Shown here piece after piece: positions 18,563 to 28,486 of a stretch of 63,610 nucleotides of DNA. Made by a program: the position numbers and the translations under genes. Source of the stretch: Bacteroidia bacterium (lineage in GTDB: Bacteria; Bacteroidota; Bacteroidia; NS11-12g; UBA955); the NCBI GenBank assembly GCA_965659745.1, contig CBFHXF010000001.1:55764-119373 (forward strand). Reading direction: 5' to 3'. Every line of letters starts with the position of its first letter. Position 1 is the stretch's first letter. The notes beneath the pieces were generated by a model. That model ran no database searches. It saw nothing but the letters and a program-made list of their open reading frames with translations, and had not been told where the DNA came from.

Positions 18563-21500
18563 TTTAGTTTTGCCTCTAGCGCATTTAAAGTTTTTTCATG
18601 CTTGGTTAGTTCCAATCCAATTCTTTCCAATTCAGATGAAAGCTCATTGATAGAATTCATGTGTTTGGGGGTTGGAGCTTGCAAGCTTTCCTTCATATTA
18701 TAGTAAACATTAAACAACTCCTCTTGAATGTTTTTATCTGTTGGAAACTCATACTTGCTAACAGGATCTCCGCCTTGAAGTCTGTATCCAATTTTATTTA
18801 TCGCCTTTTTGCTTTGAATTATTTCTAGACGATCTGCTTCGGACCATTTTACTTGCCATGGTGCCATTTCAATTGCCTTTTTAAGTCGCATATCAATCTC
18901 TTTAAATCGTTTTTGGGCAATCAAGAATTCTTTTCGCGATTTTTTTATGGTTTCCCAATCAATTAAACGGTTTTCATTGAATTTTATAAGATCGCTATCC
19001 GGGAAAAGGTAGTCTACTTCCGTTGTTCCAAACACACCGGGCTCTAAGGGTGTTAAACTGCCGGTATTGCCGTCAAATTTCAATAATGAAAATACATATT
19101 TACCTGGTGATACAAATGGTCCATATGATATTTCCGATGCTTGATCCTTTAATCCAAATGGTTCTAAGCCCATTCTCAAGTCCCAAGAAATCGTATTCCA
19201 TCCTTTGAATAATTTAAGTTTTACGGTACTGATTTCTTTGCCATCTGAAGTTCTTACCTTTAATACGTAATTGGGCAATATTTCTTCAGATTCCATTCTG
19301 ATTTCGTCTTGAGATGGGAAATAATCATTGTGTTTTTTCTCTTTCGATTTTCGGGTATCCTTTAGCGAACCATCCAATTTGTCGACATAAACATATAGTT
19401 TAAGCTTCTCGTCTAAGTTATTTCCTTGAAATCTACTAGCACCTCTAAATCCATTTCCTTTGCCTCCTACTTTATCATATGGCAAAAAGAAAGCATGCTT
19501 ATTTGCATTGAGCCATTTTTTCGGATTAGATTTCATTTCTCGTATCAAATGGTAATCATCACAAATCGCGAAGCCGCGACCAAACGTAGCTACCACTAAG
19601 TCTTGTTCTTGTGCTTGATAAACGATGTCTTTTATAGCTACAGGTGGTAGATTCTTTCCAAAAGCCTTAAAGTTTTCGCCTTTATCAAGTGAAATAAACA
19701 GGCCGAATTCGGTTCCAATACAAATTATATCCTCATCAATAGGATCTATCCAAACTGTTTTTATCGGATTGTTTTTGGGTATCCCTTTTCCAAGCGGGGT
19801 GTATTTTTGGGTTTTAGAATCTAAATTAAAAATATAAGGTTTAAAATCGCCTTGTCGGTGATTGTCAAAAGCAACAATACAATTTCCGTCTTTCGTTACC
19901 TCTATATCGGTAACAAATGGAAAAATGGTAGTAGATTCCTTTTCATTTAAGACAAAGTCAATTCCAGTTTCTTTAGGTGCTTCAAAACGCGTCCAATTCT
20001 TTCCGTCGTCTTCTGTTTTGTATACCAAACCATCATCGGTTCCGATCCACAATACGCCATTTTTTCCTTCACAAAGGGCTGTTATATTTCCGTAAATACT
20101 GGTGCTTTGATTCTTGGCAACCGCATCTAAGCCCCAAACTTTACCCATAACAGGTAATTTGTTGCGATCTATTTTACGTCCCATAGTACCACTGATTTCT
20201 TTCCAAGAATCGCCTCTGTTTTCCGAAACAAATAATCGATTTGCAGCGAAATACAACTTGTTAGAATTGTATTTACTGATAATCAAAGGGGCATCCCAAT
20301 TCCAAACTATGGGTTCGGCTCCAAATTTCACCGACGGCTTAATGTCGACTTGGTCGCCTGTTTTTTTATCAAAGCGAATTAGTCCGCCATATTGCCATTG
20401 AGAATAAACAATATTAGGATTGTTAGGGTCGATTTGGGTTTTAAAGCCATCTCCACCTACTGTAACAAACCATTCTTCATTGGTAATGCCATTGGTTGTA
20501 TTGTTCCTACTAGGCCCTCCGATGGAATAATTATCCTGGGTACCGCCGTAAATATTGTAAAACGGTTTGGTATTATCTACTGAAACACGATAAAACTGTG
20601 TAATGGGCAGATTTTCTTTAAAATCCCAATTTTCTCCGTAATCAAAAGTTTCATATAAGCCTCCATCGCATCCTACCAATAAATGCTTGTAATTGTTGGG
20701 ATCTATCCAAATGGCATGATTGTCAACATGTTTGTATTTTTCGGGAAACCGCTTAACGGTTTTACCTCCATCTTCAGAAAAATGCAAATACGTATCCATG
20801 AAAAACAATCGCGAATCGTTTTTGGGATCTTGAAAGACTTCTTGGTAATAATTTCCAGAAGTATAGTAATCGTTTACTTTACTCCAACTTTGGCCGTAAT
20901 CAGTTGAAACGAAAACACCACCGCTTTTATCCTGTGTTTCAACCACCGCTGTCAATTTTCCAGGAGTGTTCTGTGCAACTTCTAATGTAATTCTACCTTT
21001 ATCGCTATTTGGCAATCCATTTTGAATTTTATTCCAGGTTGTTCCGTTATCTGTAGATTTATAAACGGCACTTTCCGGACCGCCACCGAGATAGGTCCAT
21101 TCATGCCTCCTTCTTTGATGCGCGCAAGCATAGATGGTTTTCGAATTAAAAGGATCTAAATGAACTTCATTGAAGCCGGCATTTTCAGGATTTAATACAC
21201 AATTCCATGTTTTGCCACCATCTTTGGTATGATAAATACCTTTATCACCTTTATTTCCCCAAAGAGGCCCATAAGCAGCCACCCAAATTTCCGAAGAGTT
21301 TTTAGGATTGATAGTAATCATTCCAATATGGAACGAGTTTATAAGTCCAACGTTCACGAAGGATTTTCCCGCATCTTCACTTTTATAAAGTCCATTGCCG
21401 TATCCCACGCTCCTTTGATTGTTATTTTCGCCGGTTCCAACCCATACGACATTCGGATTATTGGGGTCTATTGCAAGACAGCCAATACTTTGTACCCCAT

Positions 21501-21762
21501 ATTTATCAAAAATAGGATAAAAAAGAGTACCCGCATTTTCGGTTTTCCATACCCCGCCTGCGGCTGAGGCTACATAGTATTCCGAATGGTTATTAGGATT
21601 TACCGCAATATCTGATATTCTTCCGCTTGTAGTAGCGGGTCCAATCATCCTAAATTCTAATTTGTTGGCAAAAGAATTTATGAGCGTATCATCTGTATTT
21701 GATTGGGCCGATACAAAACTCATAATGGATATCCCGAGGTAAAGTGTGATTGATTTTTTCAT
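18559..21762 (-). CDS. Sortilin/VPS10-like BNR-repeat protein (secreted)
   Basis: 1067 aa with a signal peptide. There are at least 9 BNR/Asp-box motifs (SEDAGKSF, TKDGGKTW, STDNGTTW, STDYGQSW, SEDGGKTV, TFDYGENW, SENRGDSW, TEDDGKNW, SLDKGENF). The C-terminus looks coiled-coil. Confidence 0.7.
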   Translation of the reverse strand: MKKSITLYLGISIMSFVSAQSNTDDTLINSFANKLEFRMIGPATTSGRISDIAVNPNNHSEYYVASAAGGVWKTENAGTLFYPIFDKYGVQSIGCLAIDPNNPNVVWVGTGENNNQRSVGYGNGLYKSEDAGKSFVNVGLINSFHIGMITINPKNSSEIWVAAYGPLWGNKGDKGIYHTKDGGKTWNCVLNPENAGFNEVHLDPFNSKTIYACAHQRRRHEWTYLGGGPESAVYKSTDNGTTWNKIQNGLPNSDKGRITLEVAQNTPGKLTAVVETQDKSGGVFVSTDYGQSWSKVNDYYTSGNYYQEVFQDPKNDSRLFFMDTYLHFSEDGGKTVKRFPEKYKHVDNHAIWIDPNNYKHLLVGCDGGLYETFDYGENWDFKENLPITQFYRVSVDNTKPFYNIYGGTQDNYSIGGPSRNNTTNGITNEEWFVTVGGDGFKTQIDPNNPNIVYSQWQYGGLIRFDKKTGDQVDIKPSVKFGAEPIVWNWDAPLIISKYNSNKLYFAANRLFVSENRGDSWKEISGTMGRKIDRNKLPVMGKVWGLDAVAKNQSTSIYGNITALCEGKNGVLWIGTDDGLVYKTEDDGKNWTRFEAPKETGIDFVLNEKESTTIFPFVTDIEVTKDGNCIVAFDNHRQGDFKPYIFNLDSKTQKYTPLGKGIPKNNPIKTVWIDPIDEDIICIGTEFGLFISLDKGENFKAFGKNLPPVAIKDIVYQAQEQDLVVATFGRGFAICDDYHLIREMKSNPKKWLNANKHAFFLPYDKVGGKGNGFRGASRFQGNNLDEKLKLYVYVDKLDGSLKDTRKSKEKKHNDYFPSQDEIRMESEEILPNYVLKVRTSDGKEISTVKLKLFKGWNTISWDLRMGLEPFGLKDQASEISYGPFVSPGKYVFSLLKFDGNTGSLTPLEPGVFGTTEVDYLFPDSDLIKFNENRLIDWETIKKSRKEFLIAQKRFKEIDMRLKKAIEMAPWQVKWSEADRLEIIQSKKAINKIGYRLQGGDPVSKYEFPTDKNIQEELFNVYYNMKESLQAPTPKHMNSINELSSELERIGLELTKHEKTLNALEAKLN

Positions 21763-21809
21763 TTTGGACTTGATAAAATGTTTCCGAATATAAGGTAATT
21801 GTAATGATT

Positions 21810-23015
21810 TTAATCTTTTTGGACTGATTGTAAATAGGTTTCTAACTTAAGCGCTATGGCTTCCCATGAAAATTTAGAACGAATTAAAGCGCCACCCAAT
21901 TTGCCCGTTTCATTTCTAAAGTCCATATCACTTAATAGCTTCAAAACATTATCGGAAAATTCCAATGAATTATGAGAAAGTAGAGCCCCTGTATCTTTCG
22001 GAAGGCCTAATCCTTCATATCCTACATTGGTGGTTACAACAGGAATATCCATGGCTAAAGCTTCAAGAACTTTATTTTGGGTTCCTGCTCCTATTCGGAG
22101 CGGTGAAATAACCACATGGGCCATTGCATATTCGCGAGCCAGGTCTTCAACAAATCCAGTCACGGTTATTTTGTCTGATGCCAAAGATTGAATCCAACTA
22201 CCCGGTTTTTGTCCGGCAATCACGAAAGTTGCTTTTGGGAATTGCGACAATATTTTGGGCCAAATTTCCTCAATGAAATAGTGGAGGGCATCTATATTAG
22301 GTGCGTAACTCATATTACCCGTAAAAAGTATACGGCCTTCTACAAACTCAATATCGGTGCGTGGATAAAATTGATTGACATCTACCCCATTTTCCAATAA
22401 TTCTACATTTACACCGGTGCTTTTTACTAGAAATTCTTGATCCACTTTACTACATACTAATGTTTTAGAAAATTGTGGAATCATTGTTTTTTCAAATTGG
22501 TGAAGTCTTTTGAATTCAATGGTGGCAAATATTTTTTGCAGAAAATGAGTAGATTGCTCTTTTCGTCTTTGCCAATACATACTAAAGGCATCTGGTAAAT
22601 CTAGAATTACGTTAGATTTGTCTATATCTCTAAAATACTGTGCCATTCTTATGTGCTGTACGTGTATGGCATCGTATTGTTGGGTTTCTAAGAGATTCTT
22701 GAGTTTTTTTCTGAATTTATTAGATTGAAAAAAGGCTATTTGAAAAGGTTTTTGAGAAAAGGCACCCAATAAAGTGTAAAATGCCGAAATCCAAATGGGA
22801 CGATATATGTAATCGATTCGGGAAATTACTTTTGAGTTTTTTCCAAGGGGTTGTAAAAGCGGCTGAATAGAATCGATATCTTGTTTGTTTTCAGCTATGG
22901 TAAGAAGATGGATTTCATGTCGGTCGATTAATTCCCCCATTAAATTATAGATTTTCAACTTATCTCCTCTGTAAGGAGGATACGGCATCCGGTTGGCTAC
23001 AAAAAGTATGCGCAT
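21810..23015 (-). CDS. Glycosyltransferase family 4 (GT-B) protein
   Basis: 401 aa. Has the GT4/GT1 C-terminal region (ISPLRIGAGTQNKVLEALAMDIPVVTT) and the N-terminal MRILFVANRMPYPP. Confidence 0.75.
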   Translation of the reverse strand: MRILFVANRMPYPPYRGDKLKIYNLMGELIDRHEIHLLTIAENKQDIDSIQPLLQPLGKNSKVISRIDYIYRPIWISAFYTLLGAFSQKPFQIAFFQSNKFRKKLKNLLETQQYDAIHVQHIRMAQYFRDIDKSNVILDLPDAFSMYWQRRKEQSTHFLQKIFATIEFKRLHQFEKTMIPQFSKTLVCSKVDQEFLVKSTGVNVELLENGVDVNQFYPRTDIEFVEGRILFTGNMSYAPNIDALHYFIEEIWPKILSQFPKATFVIAGQKPGSWIQSLASDKITVTGFVEDLAREYAMAHVVISPLRIGAGTQNKVLEALAMDIPVVTTNVGYEGLGLPKDTGALLSHNSLEFSDNVLKLLSDMDFRNETGKLGGALIRSKFSWEAIALKLETYLQSVQKD

Positions 23016-23068
23016 TAACGCAAAAATACCCGTAAAAGTTGAAACATATGTGGTATTATTGTAAGGAG

Positions 23069-24268
23069 ATGAATCTAAGCAATCGAATGCAGCGGGTGGT
23101 TGAAAGCCAAACCATCGCGATGACCAAGAAAGCCCGAGAATTAAAAGACAGTGGTGTTGATGTTATTAGCTTGAGTATAGGCGAGCCTGATTTCGCTACA
23201 CCCTCAATAATTTGTAATGCTGCTAAACGCGCTTTAGACAATGGAGACACCCATTATCCACCAGTTTTAGGCACTCTTCCCTTTAGAAAGGCGATTCAAG
23301 AAAAATTAAAAAAAGACAATCAAATTGAGGTCGATACCAGCCAAATTATTGTAAGTAATGGCGCGAAACAAAGTATTTTTAACGCGGTAATGACGGTTGT
23401 AAATCCGGGCGATGAAGTGATTATACCGGCACCTTATTGGGTAAGTTATCCAAGTATGGTTGAATATGCAGGAGGCGTCGTAATTGAAATCCCTACTGAT
23501 ATAGAACATGATTTTAAAGTCAGTGCACATCAACTTCGATCGTACATAACCGATAAAACTAAGCTCATTATATTTTCAAGTCCTTGCAATCCGAGTGGTT
23601 CGGTTATGACCACTGAAGAATTGGAAAATTGGGCAACGGTATTACGTGAATTTCCCAACATATTGATTATTAGCGATGAGATTTATGAAGAGATCGTGTA
23701 TATCGATAGACCTCGTTCATTAGCCTCTTTAGAGGGAATGAAAAATCGGGTGGCTACAGTTAATGGACTTTCGAAGGGATTTGCGATGACGGGTTGGAGG
23801 ATCGGTTATTTAGCGGGACCTAAGGAATGGGTGGCTGCGTGTGAAAGATATCAAGGCATGATCAGTAGTGGTGCCAATACGTTAGGACAGGCGGCAGGTG
23901 CGGAAGCCTTATCTTCCGCTGTTGTTCGGCAGGACGTAGAATCAATGAGGATGGCATTTGAATCAAGACGCCATTTGATGGGATCACTATTGTCAGAAAT
24001 ACCAGGTATCAAAATCAATCAACCTGATGGCGCTTTTTATTTCTTTCCCGATGTCTCCATTTTCTTTGGTAAGTCAACTGAGACTAGTGAACTTATAAAT
24101 AATTCAGATGATCTAGCCTTATATATATTGGAAAAAGCGCATGTTGCCGCCGTGTCTGGAGCTGCATTCGGAGCACCAAATTGTTTGAGGCTCTCCTACG
24201 CTACTTCTGAAGATCAAATAACGGAAGCGCTTAAACGTATTAAACTTGCCTTATCTCACTTAATTTAA
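23069..24268 (+). CDS. Pyridoxal-phosphate-dependent aminotransferase (aspartate aminotransferase-like, class I)
   Basis: Start moved to the ATG at 23069. Shows LSIGEPDF, NPSGSV and the PLP lysine region NGLSKGFAMTGWRIGY. Confidence 0.85.
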   Translation: MNLSNRMQRVVESQTIAMTKKARELKDSGVDVISLSIGEPDFATPSIICNAAKRALDNGDTHYPPVLGTLPFRKAIQEKLKKDNQIEVDTSQIIVSNGAKQSIFNAVMTVVNPGDEVIIPAPYWVSYPSMVEYAGGVVIEIPTDIEHDFKVSAHQLRSYITDKTKLIIFSSPCNPSGSVMTTEELENWATVLREFPNILIISDEIYEEIVYIDRPRSLASLEGMKNRVATVNGLSKGFAMTGWRIGYLAGPKEWVAACERYQGMISSGANTLGQAAGAEALSSAVVRQDVESMRMAFESRRHLMGSLLSEIPGIKINQPDGAFYFFPDVSIFFGKSTETSELINNSDDLALYILEKAHVAAVSGAAFGAPNCLRLSYATSEDQITEALKRIKLALSHLI

Positions 24269-24284
24269 GTCGTATATTTGCATC

Positions 24285-25283
24285 ATGACTCCAAATTTGG
24301 ATTTAAAACAAACATTTCAAAAGTTCGATGGACTCCGAGTATTAATTATTGGAGACCTAATGGTTGATAATTATATATTGGGCAAGGTAGAACGTGTTTC
24401 CCCAGAGGCTCCCGTTCCGGTAGTTGATGTTACGCATTTAGATTCGCGTTTAGGTGGTGCGGGCAATGTGGCTCTCAATATCAAGGCAATGGGTGGTATT
24501 CCTATTATATGTTCGGTAATTGGTAAAGATAAAGAAGGTGAAGAGTTAAAGTCCATTCTTGAGAAAGAAGGCATTTACTCTAAAGCCTTATTAGAAAGCG
24601 ATAAACGTAAAACCACGACTAAAACTCGAATAATCGGCAATAATCACCAATTATTGCGTTTCGATCATGAAGAAAAATCAGACATCGATACGGTTGATAG
24701 TTTTTTATTGGATGAACATTTCTTTAGAGAGCTTGAACATTGTAATGTTGTAATTTTTGAAGATTATAATAAAGGGGTGTTGCACAAAGGCAATATTCAA
24801 AAATTCATTGCCAAAGCAAATGAATTAGGAGTGCCTACTGTCGTGGATCCTAAAAAGTCCAACTTCAAAGAATATAAAAACACGCGATTATTCAAGCCTA
24901 ATTTGAAAGAGATGCGTGAGGGCTTGAATTTAGAAGAGGCCAATATTGACTCTTTAGATGACATAGAGAAGGCAATAGGAATTCTTGAATCTGAAATGCA
25001 AAATAAGCACACATTAGTAACTTTAAGTGAACGTGGCGTGATTATCAGCGACAATGGAAATTATTACCGCAAGCCCGCTCATTTAAGGAATATTGCGGAT
25101 GTTTCCGGTGCCGGTGATACGGTTATTGCCGTTGCAAGCTTGTGTGTTGCATTAGATCTTCATCCAAGCGACATTGCAGAATTAAGTAATTTAGCCGGGG
25201 GCTTGGTTTGCGAAAAAAGAGGTGTCGTACCAATTGATAAGGACGTACTTCTTATGGAGGCAACCAAAATACACAATGCATAG
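24285..25283 (+). CDS. PfkB-family sugar kinase, D-glycero-beta-D-manno-heptose-7-phosphate kinase-like (RfaE domain I only)
   Basis: 332 aa. [28 protein letters not shown] ... LGGAGNVA resembles the RfaE/HldE kinase domain, and the C-terminal DVSGAGDTV is the PfkB motif. Confidence 0.7.
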   Translation: [332 protein letters not shown]

Positions 25284-25374
25284 AAATACACATTTTAAGC
25301 AACAGACTTGCATTCTAAGTTTGTGTTTTCAGCAAACAAACATGGTAATAAATTAGAGAAGAAGTTTATATAAC

Positions 25375-25405
25375 AAAAAAGGCTATCGAATCGATAGCCT
25401 TTTTT
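25375..25405. terminator. Bidirectional terminator between convergent kinase and POT genes
   Basis: Perfect palindrome aaaaaaggctatcga a tcgatagcctttttt, with 15-nt arms that include the A and T runs. Confidence 0.8.
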
Positions 25406-25423
25406 GTTATATCATTGGTTATA

Positions 25424-27328
25424 TTAGCGAATACCATTCATTAACACTAATAAACGTTTGCTTAAGAAGAACAAGAAAACACTTGCTGCTCCCGCCATTA
25501 CAACGAATATCATAAAGAAGTCGTACAGTGTATTAACTTGAAATCCAGCGAAGCTTGGTTTTTCGGGCTTTAAATTCCACACCTGAGCGTTAGAAATAGT
25601 TTTGAAGGTTCCGTCATCCTGTTTCTTTTCGATTTTCTCAATGGTTAATAGCTCATTCTCAGAAATCATCAATGCACTGCTGAAATTTTTGTTAAGCCCC
25701 TTGATTAATTTCATATGGAAGATGCTCACATATGCCGTTTTACTTGTAGAGTCAAAAGATAAGTCAGTAATAGCCACTCCTTCTTCTTTCTTCACAAAAT
25801 CTACTTTGGCAACGGGAAACGCATATTCGCCTTTTGGATCGGCCTTGAATGCTATTGTGTCAATCACATTGGTTTCAATCACCGATAAGGATTTATCTGA
25901 TATATCCGATAAGTAATTCTTCTCAACTTTTACTTCTTCTGGGTATAAAGCACTTAAAGTACCCGCAAATTTATTAGCTGAAGCCGTTGATAAGAACCAC
26001 ACACCCATCAATAAAGAGGCAAAACGAGCAGGTGATAACTTATTTACCATAGACAAACCTATAGGCGACAAACACAATTCCCCTAATGTATGAATGGTAT
26101 ATAAACTCACGAGCCATACCATGCTTACCTTAGTGCTAGGGTCAATTCCCTGAACACCGAACGCAATAACTAAATAACCTACGGCTAGCAAGAACAAACC
26201 TAAAGCTTGTTTGAATGGTGAAGCAGGCTCCATGTTTCTTTTACCTAAAACGCCCCATAACCAAACGAAAATAGGCGCAAATATCACAATGGCTAATGCG
26301 TTTATTGACTGGAAGTAAGAAGCGGGTATAACGGAACCAAACAAATTACGATCTGTTTGTTCTTCTGCAAAATAGGTTAGTGAAGCACCCGCTTGCTCAA
26401 ACGCTGCCCAAAAGAATATTACAAAGAATGCTGCGATATATACAACCCAAATTCTTTGCTTTTCAACTTTACTTAGAGAAGGATCTGTAATGATAAAACC
26501 TGGCGCTGCAATAGTAAGTCCAAATATAAAAGAACCAATCAATCCGAAATCCAATATGTAAAAGAACAATCCAAACAAAGCCGCAAAAACACCAACCCAA
26601 AGATACATTCTTTGAGGATTGAAAGGCACTTTTTCAGCCGACTCGCTCACATCGCGTTTGTTATTGGCCTTCTCTCCTATTTGCTCTCCTTCAGGAGTTA
26701 CGATGTACTTATTTTTAAGTGTAATAAAAAGAATCAAACTTAGAATCATACCGATTCCTGCCGCCAAGAATCCCCATTTAAAATCTGCTGGGTTTCCAGT
26801 ATCGCCTAAATAACCGCACAATAAGGGTGCAATAAATGCCCCTAAATTTATCCCCATGTAAAAAATCGTAAAGGCAGAATCAACGCGCTTATCACCCTCA
26901 GGATAAAGCTGTCCTACCATAGTTGAAATATTAGGCTTGAAGAATCCATTACCTATTATTAACAATGCCAAACCTGTAAACATGAAAGCGGGAGCAGATG
27001 CCGATTGGTATACAGATCCTGAAATGAACATGAAAAACTGTCCAATGGCCATTAAAATTCCCCCGATAACAATAGATTTTCTATTGCCCCAATATCTATC
27101 GGCCATATACCCCCCAATTAAGGGCGTTAAATAAACCAATCCAGTGTAACTTCCGTAGATATCAGAAGCTAGGGCCTTATCAATTAAAAGTGCCTTGGTC
27201 ATGAATAACACAAAAAGGGCGCGCATGCCGTAATAGCTAAAACGCTCCCACATTTCCGTCACAAAAAGAACATACAGTCCTTTAGGATGGCCATTCGAAG
27301 TACTAGGTACAGTAGCTGTTGAACTCAT
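25424..27328 (-). CDS. Proton-dependent oligopeptide transporter (POT/PTR2 family, MFS)
   Basis: 634 aa. Contains the ExxERFxYYG motif (TEMWERFSYYGMRALFVLF) and FKPNISTMVGQLY. A ~140-aa soluble insert sits before the last TM helix. Confidence 0.85.
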   Translation of the reverse strand: MSSTATVPSTSNGHPKGLYVLFVTEMWERFSYYGMRALFVLFMTKALLIDKALASDIYGSYTGLVYLTPLIGGYMADRYWGNRKSIVIGGILMAIGQFFMFISGSVYQSASAPAFMFTGLALLIIGNGFFKPNISTMVGQLYPEGDKRVDSAFTIFYMGINLGAFIAPLLCGYLGDTGNPADFKWGFLAAGIGMILSLILFITLKNKYIVTPEGEQIGEKANNKRDVSESAEKVPFNPQRMYLWVGVFAALFGLFFYILDFGLIGSFIFGLTIAAPGFIITDPSLSKVEKQRIWVVYIAAFFVIFFWAAFEQAGASLTYFAEEQTDRNLFGSVIPASYFQSINALAIVIFAPIFVWLWGVLGKRNMEPASPFKQALGLFLLAVGYLVIAFGVQGIDPSTKVSMVWLVSLYTIHTLGELCLSPIGLSMVNKLSPARFASLLMGVWFLSTASANKFAGTLSALYPEEVKVEKNYLSDISDKSLSVIETNVIDTIAFKADPKGEYAFPVAKVDFVKKEEGVAITDLSFDSTSKTAYVSIFHMKLIKGLNKNFSSALMISENELLTIEKIEKKQDDGTFKTISNAQVWNLKPEKPSFAGFQVNTLYDFFMIFVVMAGAASVFLFFLSKRLLVLMNGIR

Positions 27329-27442
27329 TTTTTTAGGTTAGATTATCTTAAATTTCGGCTAAAATAGACATTTTTTTTAATTAGTCTTGTTTTACTTGAT
27401 GTATTTCGGAAAGCTCAAATAGAAATCGTTACTTTGTGACTT

Positions 27443-28486
27443 ATGTCGCTTTTATCAGCAAAAGAAATCGCTTTGGTTACTGGGGGAATCGTGCTTGGTA
27501 ATGAAAATGCAGAAATTCAAACGGTTGCAAAACTAAACGAAGGAAATCACGACGCTTTGGGATTTTTTGCAAATCCCAAATACGAACAACAAGTTTACGA
27601 TTCGAAATGTGGGATTATATTTATCCCCAATAACTTCCAACCGCAAAAAGAGGTAAATAGTACCCTAATTGCCCATGAGAATCCTTACTTCGCATTTTGT
27701 CAGATATTAAGTAAGTATTTCAATCCCAATACAAAAAAAACAGGGATACATCCTCAGTCGTACATCGATCCTTCCGCTCATGTTGCTCCCGATGCTTACG
27801 TAGGGCCGTTTGCTTACATAGGTGCCCATGTTTACATTGATAGTGGAGCGCAAATTCATGAGAGGGTAAGTATCGGTGACGGTTGTAAAATCGGAAAAAA
27901 TGCCACTCTATTTCCGGGCGTTACTATTTACAGCTTATCTCAAATTGGCGATAGATTTACGGCCCATGCAGGTTCTGTAATAGGAAGTGACGGGTTTGGA
28001 TTTGCTCCTGTTCAAGGTGTCTACATGAAAATCCCCCAAGTTGGCATCGTTGAAATCGAGGATGATGTAGAAATTGGTGCCAATTGTTGTATTGATCGGG
28101 CAACAATGGGAAAAACGGTAATTAAAAAAGGCACCAAACTCGATAATTTGGTTCAGATTGCGCATAATGTTGAAGTGGGCGAGCATGTGGTTATAGCCAG
28201 TCAAACGGGAGTTGCAGGCAGCACGACTATCGGACACCATTGTGTATTAGGCGGTCAAGTGGGCGTGGCAGGTCATATTAGCATTGCACCTTATAATTCT
28301 TTTGGCGGACAAGCGGGCATTACTAGCACCATTAAGGAATCGAATCAAAAGATGACCGGAACCCCGGCAATGGATGTAAATGCGTATCTTCGCGGTGTTA
28401 TTGGCAGTCAAAAAGTCAGTCAATTACAGAAGGAAATCAAACAACTAAAAAAAGAAATCGATTCTCTTAAAACCGATCATGAGTAA
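27443..28486 (+). CDS. lpxD: UDP-3-O-acylglucosamine N-acyltransferase
   Basis: 347 aa. Has left-handed beta-helix hexapeptide repeats and the HNVEVGEHVVIASQTGVAGST region. It is followed directly by lpxC/fabZ and lpxA. Confidence 0.9.
   Translation: MSLLSAKEIALVTGGIVLGNENAEIQTVAKLNEGNHDALGFFANPKYEQQVYDSKCGIIFIPNNFQPQKEVNSTLIAHENPYFAFCQILSKYFNPNTKKTGIHPQSYIDPSAHVAPDAYVGPFAYIGAHVYIDSGAQIHERVSIGDGCKIGKNATLFPGVTIYSLSQIGDRFTAHAGSVIGSDGFGFAPVQGVYMKIPQVGIVEIEDDVEIGANCCIDRATMGKTVIKKGTKLDNLVQIAHNVEVGEHVVIASQTGVAGSTTIGHHCVLGGQVGVAGHISIAPYNSFGGQAGITSTIKESNQKMTGTPAMDVNAYLRGVIGSQKVSQLQKEIKQLKKEIDSLKTDHE

Noticed and set aside
27935-28240. Long antisense ORFs inside lpxD (101 aa), lpxA (29907-30239, 110 aa) and lpxC/fabZ (28973-29254).
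   Set aside because: Hexapeptide-repeat and AT-rich coding regions commonly give open antisense frames. There are no motifs, and they overlap well-supported genes.
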